64,000 nt of DNA, from positions 992,001-1,056,000 of the forward strand of contig CP000068.1 in NCBI GenBank assembly GCA_000002445.1. The letters run 5' to 3'. Position 1 is the first letter of the stretch. Each line of letters begins with the position of its first letter. Positions 31,559 through 41,317 of this stretch are shown here, piece by piece. The notes beneath the pieces were generated by a model. It did not search any database. It was not told the DNA's origin and was given only the letters and a program-made list of their open reading frames with translations. The stretch is from Trypanosoma brucei. Taxonomy: Eukaryota. A program made the position numbers and the translations under genes.

Positions 31559-33958
31559 TCAGCTGCTAGAGCTTTCATCCCTTTCAAAAAGCATCTGTTG
31601 AAGATCATTCACTTCACACGAAACAACAACACACCAATGGACAACGTCCAGCAGATTCCGCATCGCTGCGGTCCATTCACCATCGCTTACTTCGCCATAC
31701 CGTACCGATAGACCGCCCACTTTCTCTCCCTTTATAGCAAAAGGTGGTGATGACGGAGTAACCCACCCATGTTTCACAACTTCTGCTCTTGTATCTGCAT
31801 TGGCTGCAGTTTCTGACCGGTCGCCCCTTTCGCTGCGCTCCACACACTCACGCAACTGCTGCAGGCGCCGCCCCATCCACACAGTAATCTCACGGACACA
31901 CGAAGCAACACCAAAGCATGCTTTGTCAAACGTCTTTCTCGAGAAAAAATTATCTTTAATGAAAAAGTCAACGGTGATGTTGGGTGCGTCCGGTGGCGCG
32001 CTACGCATCTTCTTCAACTCAATCGTGCTCCTTTCTCCATTAGGATGCAGTATAACACTGCTGGTGTTAATGTTGTGCCATTCAATAAGGTGTTGGAGCA
32101 GAAGAAGAAGATAACCACAGGCGTTGTTGATCTCCGTTGTGCTTACAAAGCCTTGACGCTTGTCAAGCAAACCTCTCGTGAAGTGCAAGCACACTTGTTG
32201 TTGCATGGTCGTCAATGCGGTAAATTCACCAGCACCACAGCACGAAACATCCGACCTATCCTTTGAATCCTCCTTGTCTTCCGATATAGCTGGTACCGCC
32301 TCTTTATTTGTTGCAGGGGTCGCTACGACCTGGGTCTGTTTTGGGGTGTTTGGGGCGACTTTCCCAAGGCGTAGTCGGGCTATGGTTCCGATGCTGCCTT
32401 TCGTGTTAATTGGAAAGGCCAATGAGGTCGCACGGGTGCTGCGAGCGAGGGTGTAGCTCTGCGACATGTTTTGTATGGATTTTTCTAAGGCGGCTGCCGT
32501 TTCAGCAACCTCGTAAAACGCTTTCGTTTGATATGCAGTGGTCCTAATACTAACCTCAATTATCTTCCGCGAAGTTTCTTCACGTTGCGCTTTCAGGTCC
32601 GGGAGCATTTCATCAGCAACCTCCAAGTGTGCCCAAGAGATGTGTGCCAGGTGCGACTCTGCTTCGTCAACCTCAATACTCAACCTTTCCAGGCTCTCCT
32701 GTTGCTGCAAATCGAAAACGCCGGATTGTCTATCTTGCTGCTCTTTGCAGTTACTTTTATCCACATGGTAACCACTCGGCTGAACTTCCAACTCATCAGG
32801 AATCTCCGCTACCTCCATAAGCTTTGCCAAATCTTTCATAGCAATAGTTGTGGCATCCTTTTGTCCTGCTAGTGCAGATATCCAGCAACTAATGCATAAG
32901 GGCAGGTCTGTCGTACTTCCATGAACCACCTGCCGCATCAGTCGCTCGGAGAACTGAGTTAAAAGCGCCTTGTAAACGTCTGTCATCGGCGGGGGTGATA
33001 TGGTGCCGCACGATACTGTTCTTTCTAACGTCAGTGTCCGTGCTAACCCAATCCTGCTGCAGCTAACGTCGTTTAGTTCCGCATTTACATTCGTGGGGGC
33101 ATTTCCACTTCTTTGGGGTCGGGGAGACGGGGTTCTCAAAGCATGCGATTCATTTGACTGCAGGCCTCCGCCCATTTGAGCAAATGTGAACGAAAGGTGA
33201 GAGCCAGCCATGGAGTAATATTCATTGCTATCGTCACATTCCTCGAGGTTCGCAGCATTGGAACGATTACACGCCTCACCATCAGCAGCTCCACCACCAG
33301 ACCTTCCAGGAGACTCAGCTTCCACAATCCCTGCTATATGGGGAGTTGAAATATTAAGACTAGGGAATGGAGTTGATAGTATTAGGGACGCCAGCGGTAT
33401 CGGAAGTCGGTCCTGCAAAATGTTGCTGCAAGGGGCAGAGGCCAAAGCGGTAGAGGGATTTAACGCGCCAGATGAGGGAACTGTGCTGCCCTCTTGTACT
33501 GAACTCCAAACATCAGAAATATACGCGTCGTTTTTTTCCTTTGGAAACCATGCATACTGATGTGCAAAGGTTTCCGGTAACGTCGCCGTTATCTGGGCTC
33601 TCCCCATCGCTACCTTTTTCACATTACCGTAGGTTGTAGACGCTTCGCTTGCTCCGCCGCAATCGCTCTCGGTATACTGACTGGCCTCTCGACTATTTCC
33701 GTCTACAGACCATGGAGTGAATGGAGAGGGCGACAGCGCACCATATTTACCAGTGGCTGTCGTGCGTGATCCTTTGACCGCTGGGTGGAGCCTAACCTTC
33801 CCCTGCTGATGCCTTTCATTACGTTGAGAAGTAACAGGGAATGCCGCGCAGCACTCCTTTGCGCTCTTTACATCCTCGTCAGTGTTTGTTTGCGCTCTCG
33901 ATAAAAATTCGGGTTTTTTGTGTTTATATATTCTTTTTGCGCTGCCAGGAATGTTCAT
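31559..33958 (-). CDS. hypothetical protein (~800 aa from Met at 33958)
   Basis: ORF 31559..34126. The first 56 codons are Cys/Phe-rich and UTR-like. Met at 33958 (MNIPGSAKRIYKHKK) is the likely start. Ser/Thr-rich N-terminal half and helical C-terminal half. No family recognised. Confidence 0.6.
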   Translation of the reverse strand: MNIPGSAKRIYKHKKPEFLSRAQTNTDEDVKSAKECCAAFPVTSQRNERHQQGKVRLHPAVKGSRTTATGKYGALSPSPFTPWSVDGNSREASQYTESDCGGASEASTTYGNVKKVAMGRAQITATLPETFAHQYAWFPKEKNDAYISDVWSSVQEGSTVPSSGALNPSTALASAPCSNILQDRLPIPLASLILSTPFPSLNISTPHIAGIVEAESPGRSGGGAADGEACNRSNAANLEECDDSNEYYSMAGSHLSFTFAQMGGGLQSNESHALRTPSPRPQRSGNAPTNVNAELNDVSCSRIGLARTLTLERTVSCGTISPPPMTDVYKALLTQFSERLMRQVVHGSTTDLPLCISCWISALAGQKDATTIAMKDLAKLMEVAEIPDELEVQPSGYHVDKSNCKEQQDRQSGVFDLQQQESLERLSIEVDEAESHLAHISWAHLEVADEMLPDLKAQREETSRKIIEVSIRTTAYQTKAFYEVAETAAALEKSIQNMSQSYTLARSTRATSLAFPINTKGSIGTIARLRLGKVAPNTPKQTQVVATPATNKEAVPAISEDKEDSKDRSDVSCCGAGEFTALTTMQQQVCLHFTRGLLDKRQGFVSTTEINNACGYLLLLLQHLIEWHNINTSSVILHPNGERSTIELKKMRSAPPDAPNITVDFFIKDNFFSRKTFDKACFGVASCVREITVWMGRRLQQLRECVERSERGDRSETAANADTRAEVVKHGWVTPSSPPFAIKGEKVGGLSVRYGEVSDGEWTAAMRNLLDVVHWCVVVSCEVNDLQQMLFERDESSSS

Positions 33959-34849
33959 AGTGCAGACGGTACTTTGCCCTGCCAACGGCACGCTGCGGCG
34001 GCATACACAACACACGAACAGGGCACACACGGACCCTCCAGGATGGCTGCCGTCGCCCATGCAGACTAGCAACACGCAACAATGACGAAATGGTAGCCCA
34101 ACGCAGAAAAAGAAAATAAAGCACAAATAAATTATTGAGAAAGGGAACTATACCTCGGGGAAGGCGGCGGCAAGCTCAAGTAAAGGGGCCGAGCAACTCT
34201 TGTCAAAACACAAAAACGACTCCCGATAGTGGCTAACAGTGCAAAAATACCGAATGAAAATAAAACGTTTAGCAAAGAAAAAAAGACGAGAGAGAGAGAG
34301 AGATACCGCTCACTGAGTTTACCGTTGTGTATGGCCTTGCAGTCCGCACCGCATACAATCGCTGTCACTTCCCCCACCTCCTGCAATGAATATCCCTTGG
34401 CTCGTATTTAACTTCGCTTAAGTGAACAAAGTAAGAATCCAAGGACGGCAAGTACTAAATGTTACCTTATAACACTTTGAGTTCCCTCTTTTCCTCGTGG
34501 ACGAAACGCTAACTGAAAAACGAAATGGGGGAATCCAGGAAAACAACACGAAAAGGAGTGTACTGCCAAGTAACGTCGGGAACGAAAGTACACAAAGAGG
34601 ATTTTCAAGAAATATTACACATTATTTAACCTCACAGGTGTGAACAGAGAATTTCATAACCTCACCACCACGTCTTCCTTGTAACTCCCTTCATCAACAT
34701 GTTATCTACTGTGCGTCAATACTGCAAGCAGAGTGCAAAAAAGGTTCCTCTATCCATGCACTTTGCTTCAAGGCAAAGTTTGTCACATCATTGTCAAAAT
34801 CATAACCGTATCACCAACCCCAAGATCACGTGGCACCAGAACCGATAGT

Positions 34850-37800
34850 TTACTGCGCAGAAGTATATGGGAGTTCAACCCCTGATAGGCACACAGAACG
34901 AGGATGGTACAGTGGCTTTGAATGTTCAGCGGCAGCAGCAGGACGATGGCTGTAATTGCAAGAGGAGTGGTTTAACCTATCAGTGGTGTAACTCTGTTGC
35001 TGTTCTGCGAGTTCAATAGAAAGTGAACGCACCTCGTCCCGCATCTTATGAGAGGACGCCAGTAGTTCCACCTCACGCATACGCAACTGTGCGTTAACTT
35101 CTTCAACGACGCGGCGTGCCTCCCGCTCCTTGTGGAGTTCGTCATACAATTCACTGAGGCGCTGATCCACACCTCTACACGCGCCGCGTGCCGCGCTGCT
35201 GACGGCAGCCTCCAGCTCATACTCTTCCTGCTTCCGTAGCAACGAAGTCGCCATTTGTTGTGATTCCTCCAATTGAGCACGAAGTTGACGATTTTCCTCC
35301 AAGGCACCGCACATCGCTTCCTTGTGCTTTTCTTGTTCGCGCTTCAGCTTGTCAATGCGGTGGCGTAAAAAGTGAAACACCTCACGCAAGCGTTGGGCAG
35401 GCGCCATTTTGGAGGGACCACTACAGGATCTGCCACAATACTGTTTGCCTACCCTCACCCATTTTGATGGGTCGGTCTTCCATGATGGTGTCATTGAGGG
35501 GGCGAAATGGGCCCGATATTCGTTAGAAGCAACGTCAACCTCCGCAATATCAATAACCTGTTGCAGTAAATAAGTGCTTCCAACTGTGTTATTTTTCTCG
35601 TATATACCGACTATGATGGGGAGGAGGTCGCGTAACGGGGGTATTTGCACCGTCCGCACAATATTCGTGAGAAACGGTCTACGAAAAAGTTCTGACAAAA
35701 GGGGGACGCTTTCAACTACACCGCGCAAACTGTTAGGCGGAGCGAACACTTTACCGCATGCGGGCACACTAAGCCGTGAGGCGCCATCATCGTCTTGACC
35801 ATCGGCATGACTGTCATGAAGTTCAAACGATACACGTCGAGGGCGACGAGAACGTTTTGTCGCCCGGCTCATGCGCGTGCACGCAATGGACACAGTTGCC
35901 ACGGCGAAGAAGGAGGGGTGATAGATAAATGGCGCCAAGCGTTTGCTCTCTTTTCGTCGAGTTTCCTCCACTTTTATATCTTTTATCGTATCCCTCAGCT
36001 CCAGCATCATCGAGCGACACTCTTCCGTAGCGGCTTCGTAGGCTCGACACATTGCGCGTCTCTCTGCCACAACCGTCCGCACACGCATCACCACAGCAAT
36101 TAAAACACCACAGAAGCATCGTGCAACCTCATACAGTGCATGTTTTCCTTTCTCTTCACGCTGTACACGCTGCTCTAGCGCATCTGTGATGCGAACCAGA
36201 TCATCACACCGACCACGAAGAACCGCCATCTCGAAGTGCTCTTCACGTCGCTCCGTGAGCTGTTCCCTAAGCGCATCAATATCCTTAGTTCGGTTCCCAA
36301 CTTCTTTTCGTTGTAACTCACAATCCTCCTTCATCGCCTGTAATTCCTGCTGCAACTGCCGGTGTCGCTTTCCAAAGGACTGCAGCTCCATTTCTGCTAT
36401 TTCCGCTTTCTTCACTGCAACCTTTCGTTCGACGACTGCAGCGGAGAGTTTCTTCTCTAAATCAACTTCTGTCGCTCGCGCAGCTGTCAGCGAGGCCTGG
36501 AATCGCTTTGTCGTCGCCTGGTGTCGTTGCCTCACTTCCGTAGTCGCTGCAATAAGCCGTTGACGTTCCTTTTGCCATTGCGCTTCGTTAGAATCCAGAG
36601 TCTCCCGCATATCCTCGAGAGCGCAGCACGCTGCTTGCTGTGAGGTCTTCAGCAACGCCAGCAACGACTCGATTTCTCCACCTGATGACGGAACATCCCC
36701 TAGCAGTAATTTCGCAGGATTCAAGAGTTCCGCTGGTGACGCTACCTGGGGAGACACAGAATTGTTTCCCTTACCCTCAATAGTCAACAAATCCCCAATT
36801 TTCCTTACTGCGGTCACTTCTCTTTCAGCGGAATTCTCTGACAGCTTCCGTTCCTGTTTTGAATTGCCTGACTTGCTTTTGTTCTTACTTCCCTTCGCCG
36901 AGACTGAGAGTAACTGACGGCAGTGGCGCTTCACTGCCTGTGCTAGTTGATTGTACCGACAGTCAGCAATAGTGAGTTTTTCCTTCATGTCCTCGGCACC
37001 TTGCCGCACAGTTTGTAGAGTTTGCTCGATATTCCTTAGCTCATCCTGATGTGTACGCCGCTCAGTGAGTAGTAAGTTTTGCATATCCCGCTGTTGCTGT
37101 GTAGCGGTTAAAAGTTGGTCCCCAATAGCCGTTTCTATTGCTTGTAGTTGCTTCCCGACTTCGTTCGCACAGCGCAGGAGAGTGGTGTATGCACAACTGC
37201 CCCCCACTTCACCGTCATCAGGACAACCGCCATCACTCAGTGAAGCATCTGAGCGAGTAAGGGTGTTGACTAATTGTTTTCCATGCTTACAAAGCAACAG
37301 CATGGTTCCACATGTTTCCCTCTGTATACGGTGTAGGTAGTCCACATAAACCTCGAAAACTTCTCGCACTGCAGCTGCTTCAAGCTGGCGACGCTCCATC
37401 TCTTCATAAAGCTGAAGAAATGTTATATGCAGGGTAGCATCCACCTCCCGCCTGTGCTCATCATCCACATCGGTGGTGGCTGTATTTTTACTTTGCTTCA
37501 CTTCACAAGCTTCCGCGTCAACAACCTCAATATTCTTCGCATTCACCTGTTCCAACTTGGCACAACGCGAATGCATAACTTTCAATTCACCGTGTATTCT
37601 CTCATTTACATTCCTCAGCTTCCCCAGTTCCGCTTCGTACCTTCCTTTACACTCGGTCAAAGCCACGCGCTCCTTCTCAGACTGTTCTAACAGCTTTCGA
37701 GTGTGCCTCAGCTCTCGTCTCAATCCACCCAGTTCACCTTCCATAACGCGTAAGGCATGGACTTGCGGTTCGAGCGCCAATCGAGCCTCACGCCGCTGCG

Positions 37801-38416
37801 CTGCAGCCATGGCTACAAACTCACGGCGACGTTCCTTCTCGTTAAGTGCTGCAATGCGAGCACCAATGAGGGCATCTTCGAGGACTGCTTGTTTCTCATT
37901 CACAGCGCACAGTGCAACTTCCTGCTCCCTACATCGGTCCTTGTACCACTGAAGCTCCCGCTGCTGCTTCGCTGTTTCAATGAGAAGATTTTCCCGTGAG
38001 AGAATCGCCGTGGGCAACGCTGCCGTTGTTAACGTTGGAGGGTCCTCATCCTTCGCTTCAGGATGTAGGCCATTGGGTGAAGAACAACATTCACTTGGAG
38101 GGAGTGTACTAGCTCTGCCGTCCGGAGCCGTGTGATCCGGTGATCCGCTGACTTGTTCTCCACCGGGTGTGTGCTTCGTTACTCCATGCTTGCGAGGGCT
38201 CTCTGTGGTTGGTTCCGCTTTGATTCTGTCGTTGGTAACAGGCGGTGACTCCTCCTGAAATGATGGTTGAGTGTTTAACGGAGTGTTTTTACTTGTCCCA
38301 CGACCGCAAGTCCAAACATGATGGGATAAAACCGGTTCGACCCCCATCGTTTGGTTACCAACTTCATGACCACTGCCGCGTGTTACAGTGCTCTTACCCA
38401 ACTGCAAGGATGCCAT
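34850..38416 (-). CDS. large coiled-coil protein (1188 aa)
   Basis: Long heptad-like charged helical sequence (e.g. LGGLRRELRHTRKLLEQSEKERVALTECKGRYEAELGKLRNVNERIHGELK; LQSFGKRHRQLQQELQAMKEDCELQRKEVGNRTKDIDALREQLTERREEHFE). A possible hydrophobic segment (FFAVATVSIACT) lies before a second, C-terminal coiled coil. Confidence 0.75.
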   Translation of the reverse strand: MASLQLGKSTVTRGSGHEVGNQTMGVEPVLSHHVWTCGRGTSKNTPLNTQPSFQEESPPVTNDRIKAEPTTESPRKHGVTKHTPGGEQVSGSPDHTAPDGRASTLPPSECCSSPNGLHPEAKDEDPPTLTTAALPTAILSRENLLIETAKQQRELQWYKDRCREQEVALCAVNEKQAVLEDALIGARIAALNEKERRREFVAMAAAQRREARLALEPQVHALRVMEGELGGLRRELRHTRKLLEQSEKERVALTECKGRYEAELGKLRNVNERIHGELKVMHSRCAKLEQVNAKNIEVVDAEACEVKQSKNTATTDVDDEHRREVDATLHITFLQLYEEMERRQLEAAAVREVFEVYVDYLHRIQRETCGTMLLLCKHGKQLVNTLTRSDASLSDGGCPDDGEVGGSCAYTTLLRCANEVGKQLQAIETAIGDQLLTATQQQRDMQNLLLTERRTHQDELRNIEQTLQTVRQGAEDMKEKLTIADCRYNQLAQAVKRHCRQLLSVSAKGSKNKSKSGNSKQERKLSENSAEREVTAVRKIGDLLTIEGKGNNSVSPQVASPAELLNPAKLLLGDVPSSGGEIESLLALLKTSQQAACCALEDMRETLDSNEAQWQKERQRLIAATTEVRQRHQATTKRFQASLTAARATEVDLEKKLSAAVVERKVAVKKAEIAEMELQSFGKRHRQLQQELQAMKEDCELQRKEVGNRTKDIDALREQLTERREEHFEMAVLRGRCDDLVRITDALEQRVQREEKGKHALYEVARCFCGVLIAVVMRVRTVVAERRAMCRAYEAATEECRSMMLELRDTIKDIKVEETRRKESKRLAPFIYHPSFFAVATVSIACTRMSRATKRSRRPRRVSFELHDSHADGQDDDGASRLSVPACGKVFAPPNSLRGVVESVPLLSELFRRPFLTNIVRTVQIPPLRDLLPIIVGIYEKNNTVGSTYLLQQVIDIAEVDVASNEYRAHFAPSMTPSWKTDPSKWVRVGKQYCGRSCSGPSKMAPAQRLREVFHFLRHRIDKLKREQEKHKEAMCGALEENRQLRAQLEESQQMATSLLRKQEEYELEAAVSSAARGACRGVDQRLSELYDELHKEREARRVVEEVNAQLRMREVELLASSHKMRDEVRSLSIELAEQQQSYTTDRLNHSSCNYSHRPAAAAEHSKPLYHPRSVCLSGVELPYTSAQ

Positions 38417-38454
38417 GGAATCGGCGGTTATCGAATGACTAACTTTGTGTCAAC

Positions 38455-38457
<3 letters not shown>

Positions 38458-38499
<42 letters not shown>
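38458..38499. repeat. (AT)n microsatellite, ~21 units, immediately 5' of the coiled-coil gene start codon
   Basis: Perfect run seen directly, 42 nt upstream of the ATG at 38416. Confidence 0.95.
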
Positions 38500-38501
<2 letters not shown>

Positions 38502-38739
38502 CTATATATGTTGACGTGGACCGTAAAGCAACGTTAAAACTGTTTTCTATGTACAAAGCTTAAGATTCGCTTCGCTGGAACGCACTTTTACTTGAGGAGC
38601 AACCTCATTCGTGCTTAAAAGTCAAGCAGAAGGAGGTGCTCACTCCTCTTTCTTTCTCTTTCTTTCCCTTTTCCTTGTGTTTTCTTTGACGTCTTCCTAG
38701 TGAATAGGGGGACGTCAAGTTAATATAACTGTAACTTAT

Positions 38740-38990
38740 ACAAAAAAAAGATTTTGGGACGCAAAATAAAATGAAAGGAAAATGTTCAGTGAAATCAAAA
38801 AAAAACAATATGTGGCGATCAACCCTCCCTTCGTTTCTTTTCCCATCCCATATCTTGGGAGCAGAGTTAAAACGAGGAAGAGAAGAACAGAGTAAAACCG
38901 AACAAAAAAGCATGAGATAAGTAAAAAAGAAAAGGGGGCTGATAGATGAAGGGGGAGCATTAAAAAAAAAAAGAAATTAAAACACAGAGC
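38740..38990 (-). promoter_or_regulatory. long polypyrimidine-rich region in the spacer upstream of the coiled-coil gene (candidate splice-acceptor region)
   Basis: The plus strand is A/G-rich for ~250 nt (caaaaaaaagattttgggacgcaaaataaaatgaaaggaaaatg ... gaagggggagcattaaaaaaaaaaagaaattaaaacacagagcggcagagatg). Confidence 0.3.
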
Positions 38991-39723
38991 GGCAGAGATG
39001 CCTGACATATTGTAAGAGATGGTAATCGGATAACTGATTCACAACCAAAGTAACGACAAAGATATTCATTAGAGCTGTAGAAGAGAAGTAAAAGGGGGAA
39101 ATGGAATAAAGCGGTACAAAACTGTGCGATATCTCTGTGAATGGCCCATGAGAGAATTTAGTCCTCTCCTCACACCTCGTATGATATGATGGGTAGGCCA
39201 CACTACACCTAAATTCCAAAAGGACTGGAGTAAAAACAAAAAAAAGGGGACAGTACATACACAACAAATACAATATCATACTCATTGTTTGACAACAAAG
39301 AAAAAAAAGTGATACACTCCTTCAATACTTCTGCAAAACACACATAAATACACATAAACACGCACACCTAAGAAAAAAAAAGAAAAAAGAAAACAACCGT
39401 GGAAAAAGAAATGTTCACACAAAAGTTCTTGCTATTACCAACCCTTCTGGTACCGTTGTATTGATACTTTTATTTGCTCACCAGTTTGTTTCCACTTCCC
39501 TTATTATTTAGTTTCAGTTCCCACCTTTCCACTTTCCCACATGTAACTCATGTATTTCCCAAGCGAAGGCAGAGGGAGCACAAACACAAACAATGGAAAC
39601 CGATGTGAGACGTGGCGACATAGTTTTTTTTTCTTGAAAAGTTTGTCGTCTGCGAAAACAAATGAGGAACAATGGCAAACATAAGTAGGAGAGAACAGCA
39701 GCTGTAAACTGCACACATAAAGT

Positions 39724-39726
<3 letters not shown>

Positions 39727-39758
<32 letters not shown>
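39727..39758. repeat. (AT)n microsatellite, 16 units
   Basis: Seen directly. Confidence 0.95.
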
Positions 39759-39762
<4 letters not shown>

Positions 39763-40511
39763 ACATGAAACCGACAGTTGTTTTGTGCCTGCGTTGTTGG
39801 ATACACCATAATTGAAGGGGGAACAACAAAAAAAAAACACCAGAAAGAACGGCAAGAAGGAGTGCAAGTAAGTAAGCAGAGCACAATATAGAAATTTCGT
39901 TTCAGTTGATGAAGTGCGTAATCGACAAGTTCGCATTGCATTTCTCCACTCCACCATCATCACTATTTGAAAGAACAACAACAACAAAAAATGCAATATG
40001 TTATTAATTTCATATCCAACCTCATATAAACGCTTACACCCAAATTATTCCCTCTTTTTCTTTTTTTTAAAAAAAAACTTTCTCCCTTCTATGCTCTCGT
40101 TTTAATTTTATTAGCAGGAAAAGTTACCTGTTTCTCTGCCCTCCAACTCTTTCTTTTTCTGTTATTGCTGCTTCTAGTTAGTGACGGCTATTGGTAGATT
40201 TCTGTTTCTTTGATTCACGCATTACTCAGACACCGGCGAGTGGGGTGAACACAATTAGATACAAACGGCAATAACAAAAAGAAACGTGAAAAAAAACATA
40301 AAACAGCATAAATCTAATCCAGTGAATAAGCAAATGACATGAAACGAAAGAAACATTCACGGAATGGAAAAGGAATATTTGGGTCGTGAAACAGAAAGAA
40401 AGAAAGGCGTCAAATACAAGAAAAAAAAAAAGAATCACGGTGTGATATTTTCCCCCCCCTTATATTTGTTTTCTTATTACTTTATCACGGAGAACAAAAA
40501 CAGTAAAAAAA

Positions 40512-40618
40512 GGAGAGAGAGAGAGAGAGAAAGAGAGGACAAAAACACATTATTAAACGAAATTAAATTCCCCTAAATACAGACACACACACACACACAT
40601 ATATATATACATATATAT
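40512..40618. repeat. compound microsatellite: (GA)n 40512-40537, (AC)9 40583-40599, (AT)n 40599-40618
   Basis: Seen directly: ggagagagagagagagagaaagagagg ... acacacacacacacacacatatatatatacatatatatg. Confidence 0.9.
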
Positions 40619-41317
40619 GTATACTTACCTATAGAACAGTTTTGTAAACGATTTTCCCTCTTTTTTTCCTTCGAAAAAAAAAAGTCCCAGCTGTTATGTA
40701 AAAGCTATAACTGTGTGGAGGGGGAGAGGGGAGTGTTTTGTGCTTTAGAAGTTCTGAAAAAGTTAAAATAATCATTTCTTAACCTCCATTTGGGCCCTCA
40801 CTTCCTCCCACTATACTTCGGGAAAGATGAAGAAAAATTGTACATTTCAGTTGGGATAACAGCAGGAAAAAAGTAGTTGTGAAAATACACAGAGATACAA
40901 TCCCAAACGAACAAACAAAATAATTACGCTGAAGAAAATAGAAAAAAAAACAGTGTACATCATAAGTAATGAAAATAATCAGGCACACGATCAGAGCATA
41001 CCTGGCAATGAATTGTGCCCCATACAAGTTTTCACACTCTACACGCACTAACACACAAAACACACGTAAGTGCAGGCGCATACACAGAAATACATATAAA
41101 CGTATCTACAGATATGTACGTATATAGATTTATTCATCTGATACGGGCACAAAATAAACATTTGCGCTTACTTACCTATATGTGGTCGACTCATGGAGAG
41201 GTTAAAGTTCGGTGTCACACCCCCTTCTCCCCTTCAACCACACCCGCATCCTCCTCAGATCCGATGTGATACACATACACATTTTAAATATACCCACGTA
41301 AACGAACATGTGAAACT

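Noticed and set aside
38605-39996. Several 100-160-aa minus-strand ORFs in the 2.9-kb spacer (38605..38913, 38736..39008, 38977..39285, 39504..39941, 39514..39996)
   Set aside because: Their translations are dominated by Phe/Leu/Ser/Cys/Lys low-complexity runs derived from A/T homopolymers and microsatellites. The ORFs overlap one another in different frames. They look like spacer sequence, not genes.
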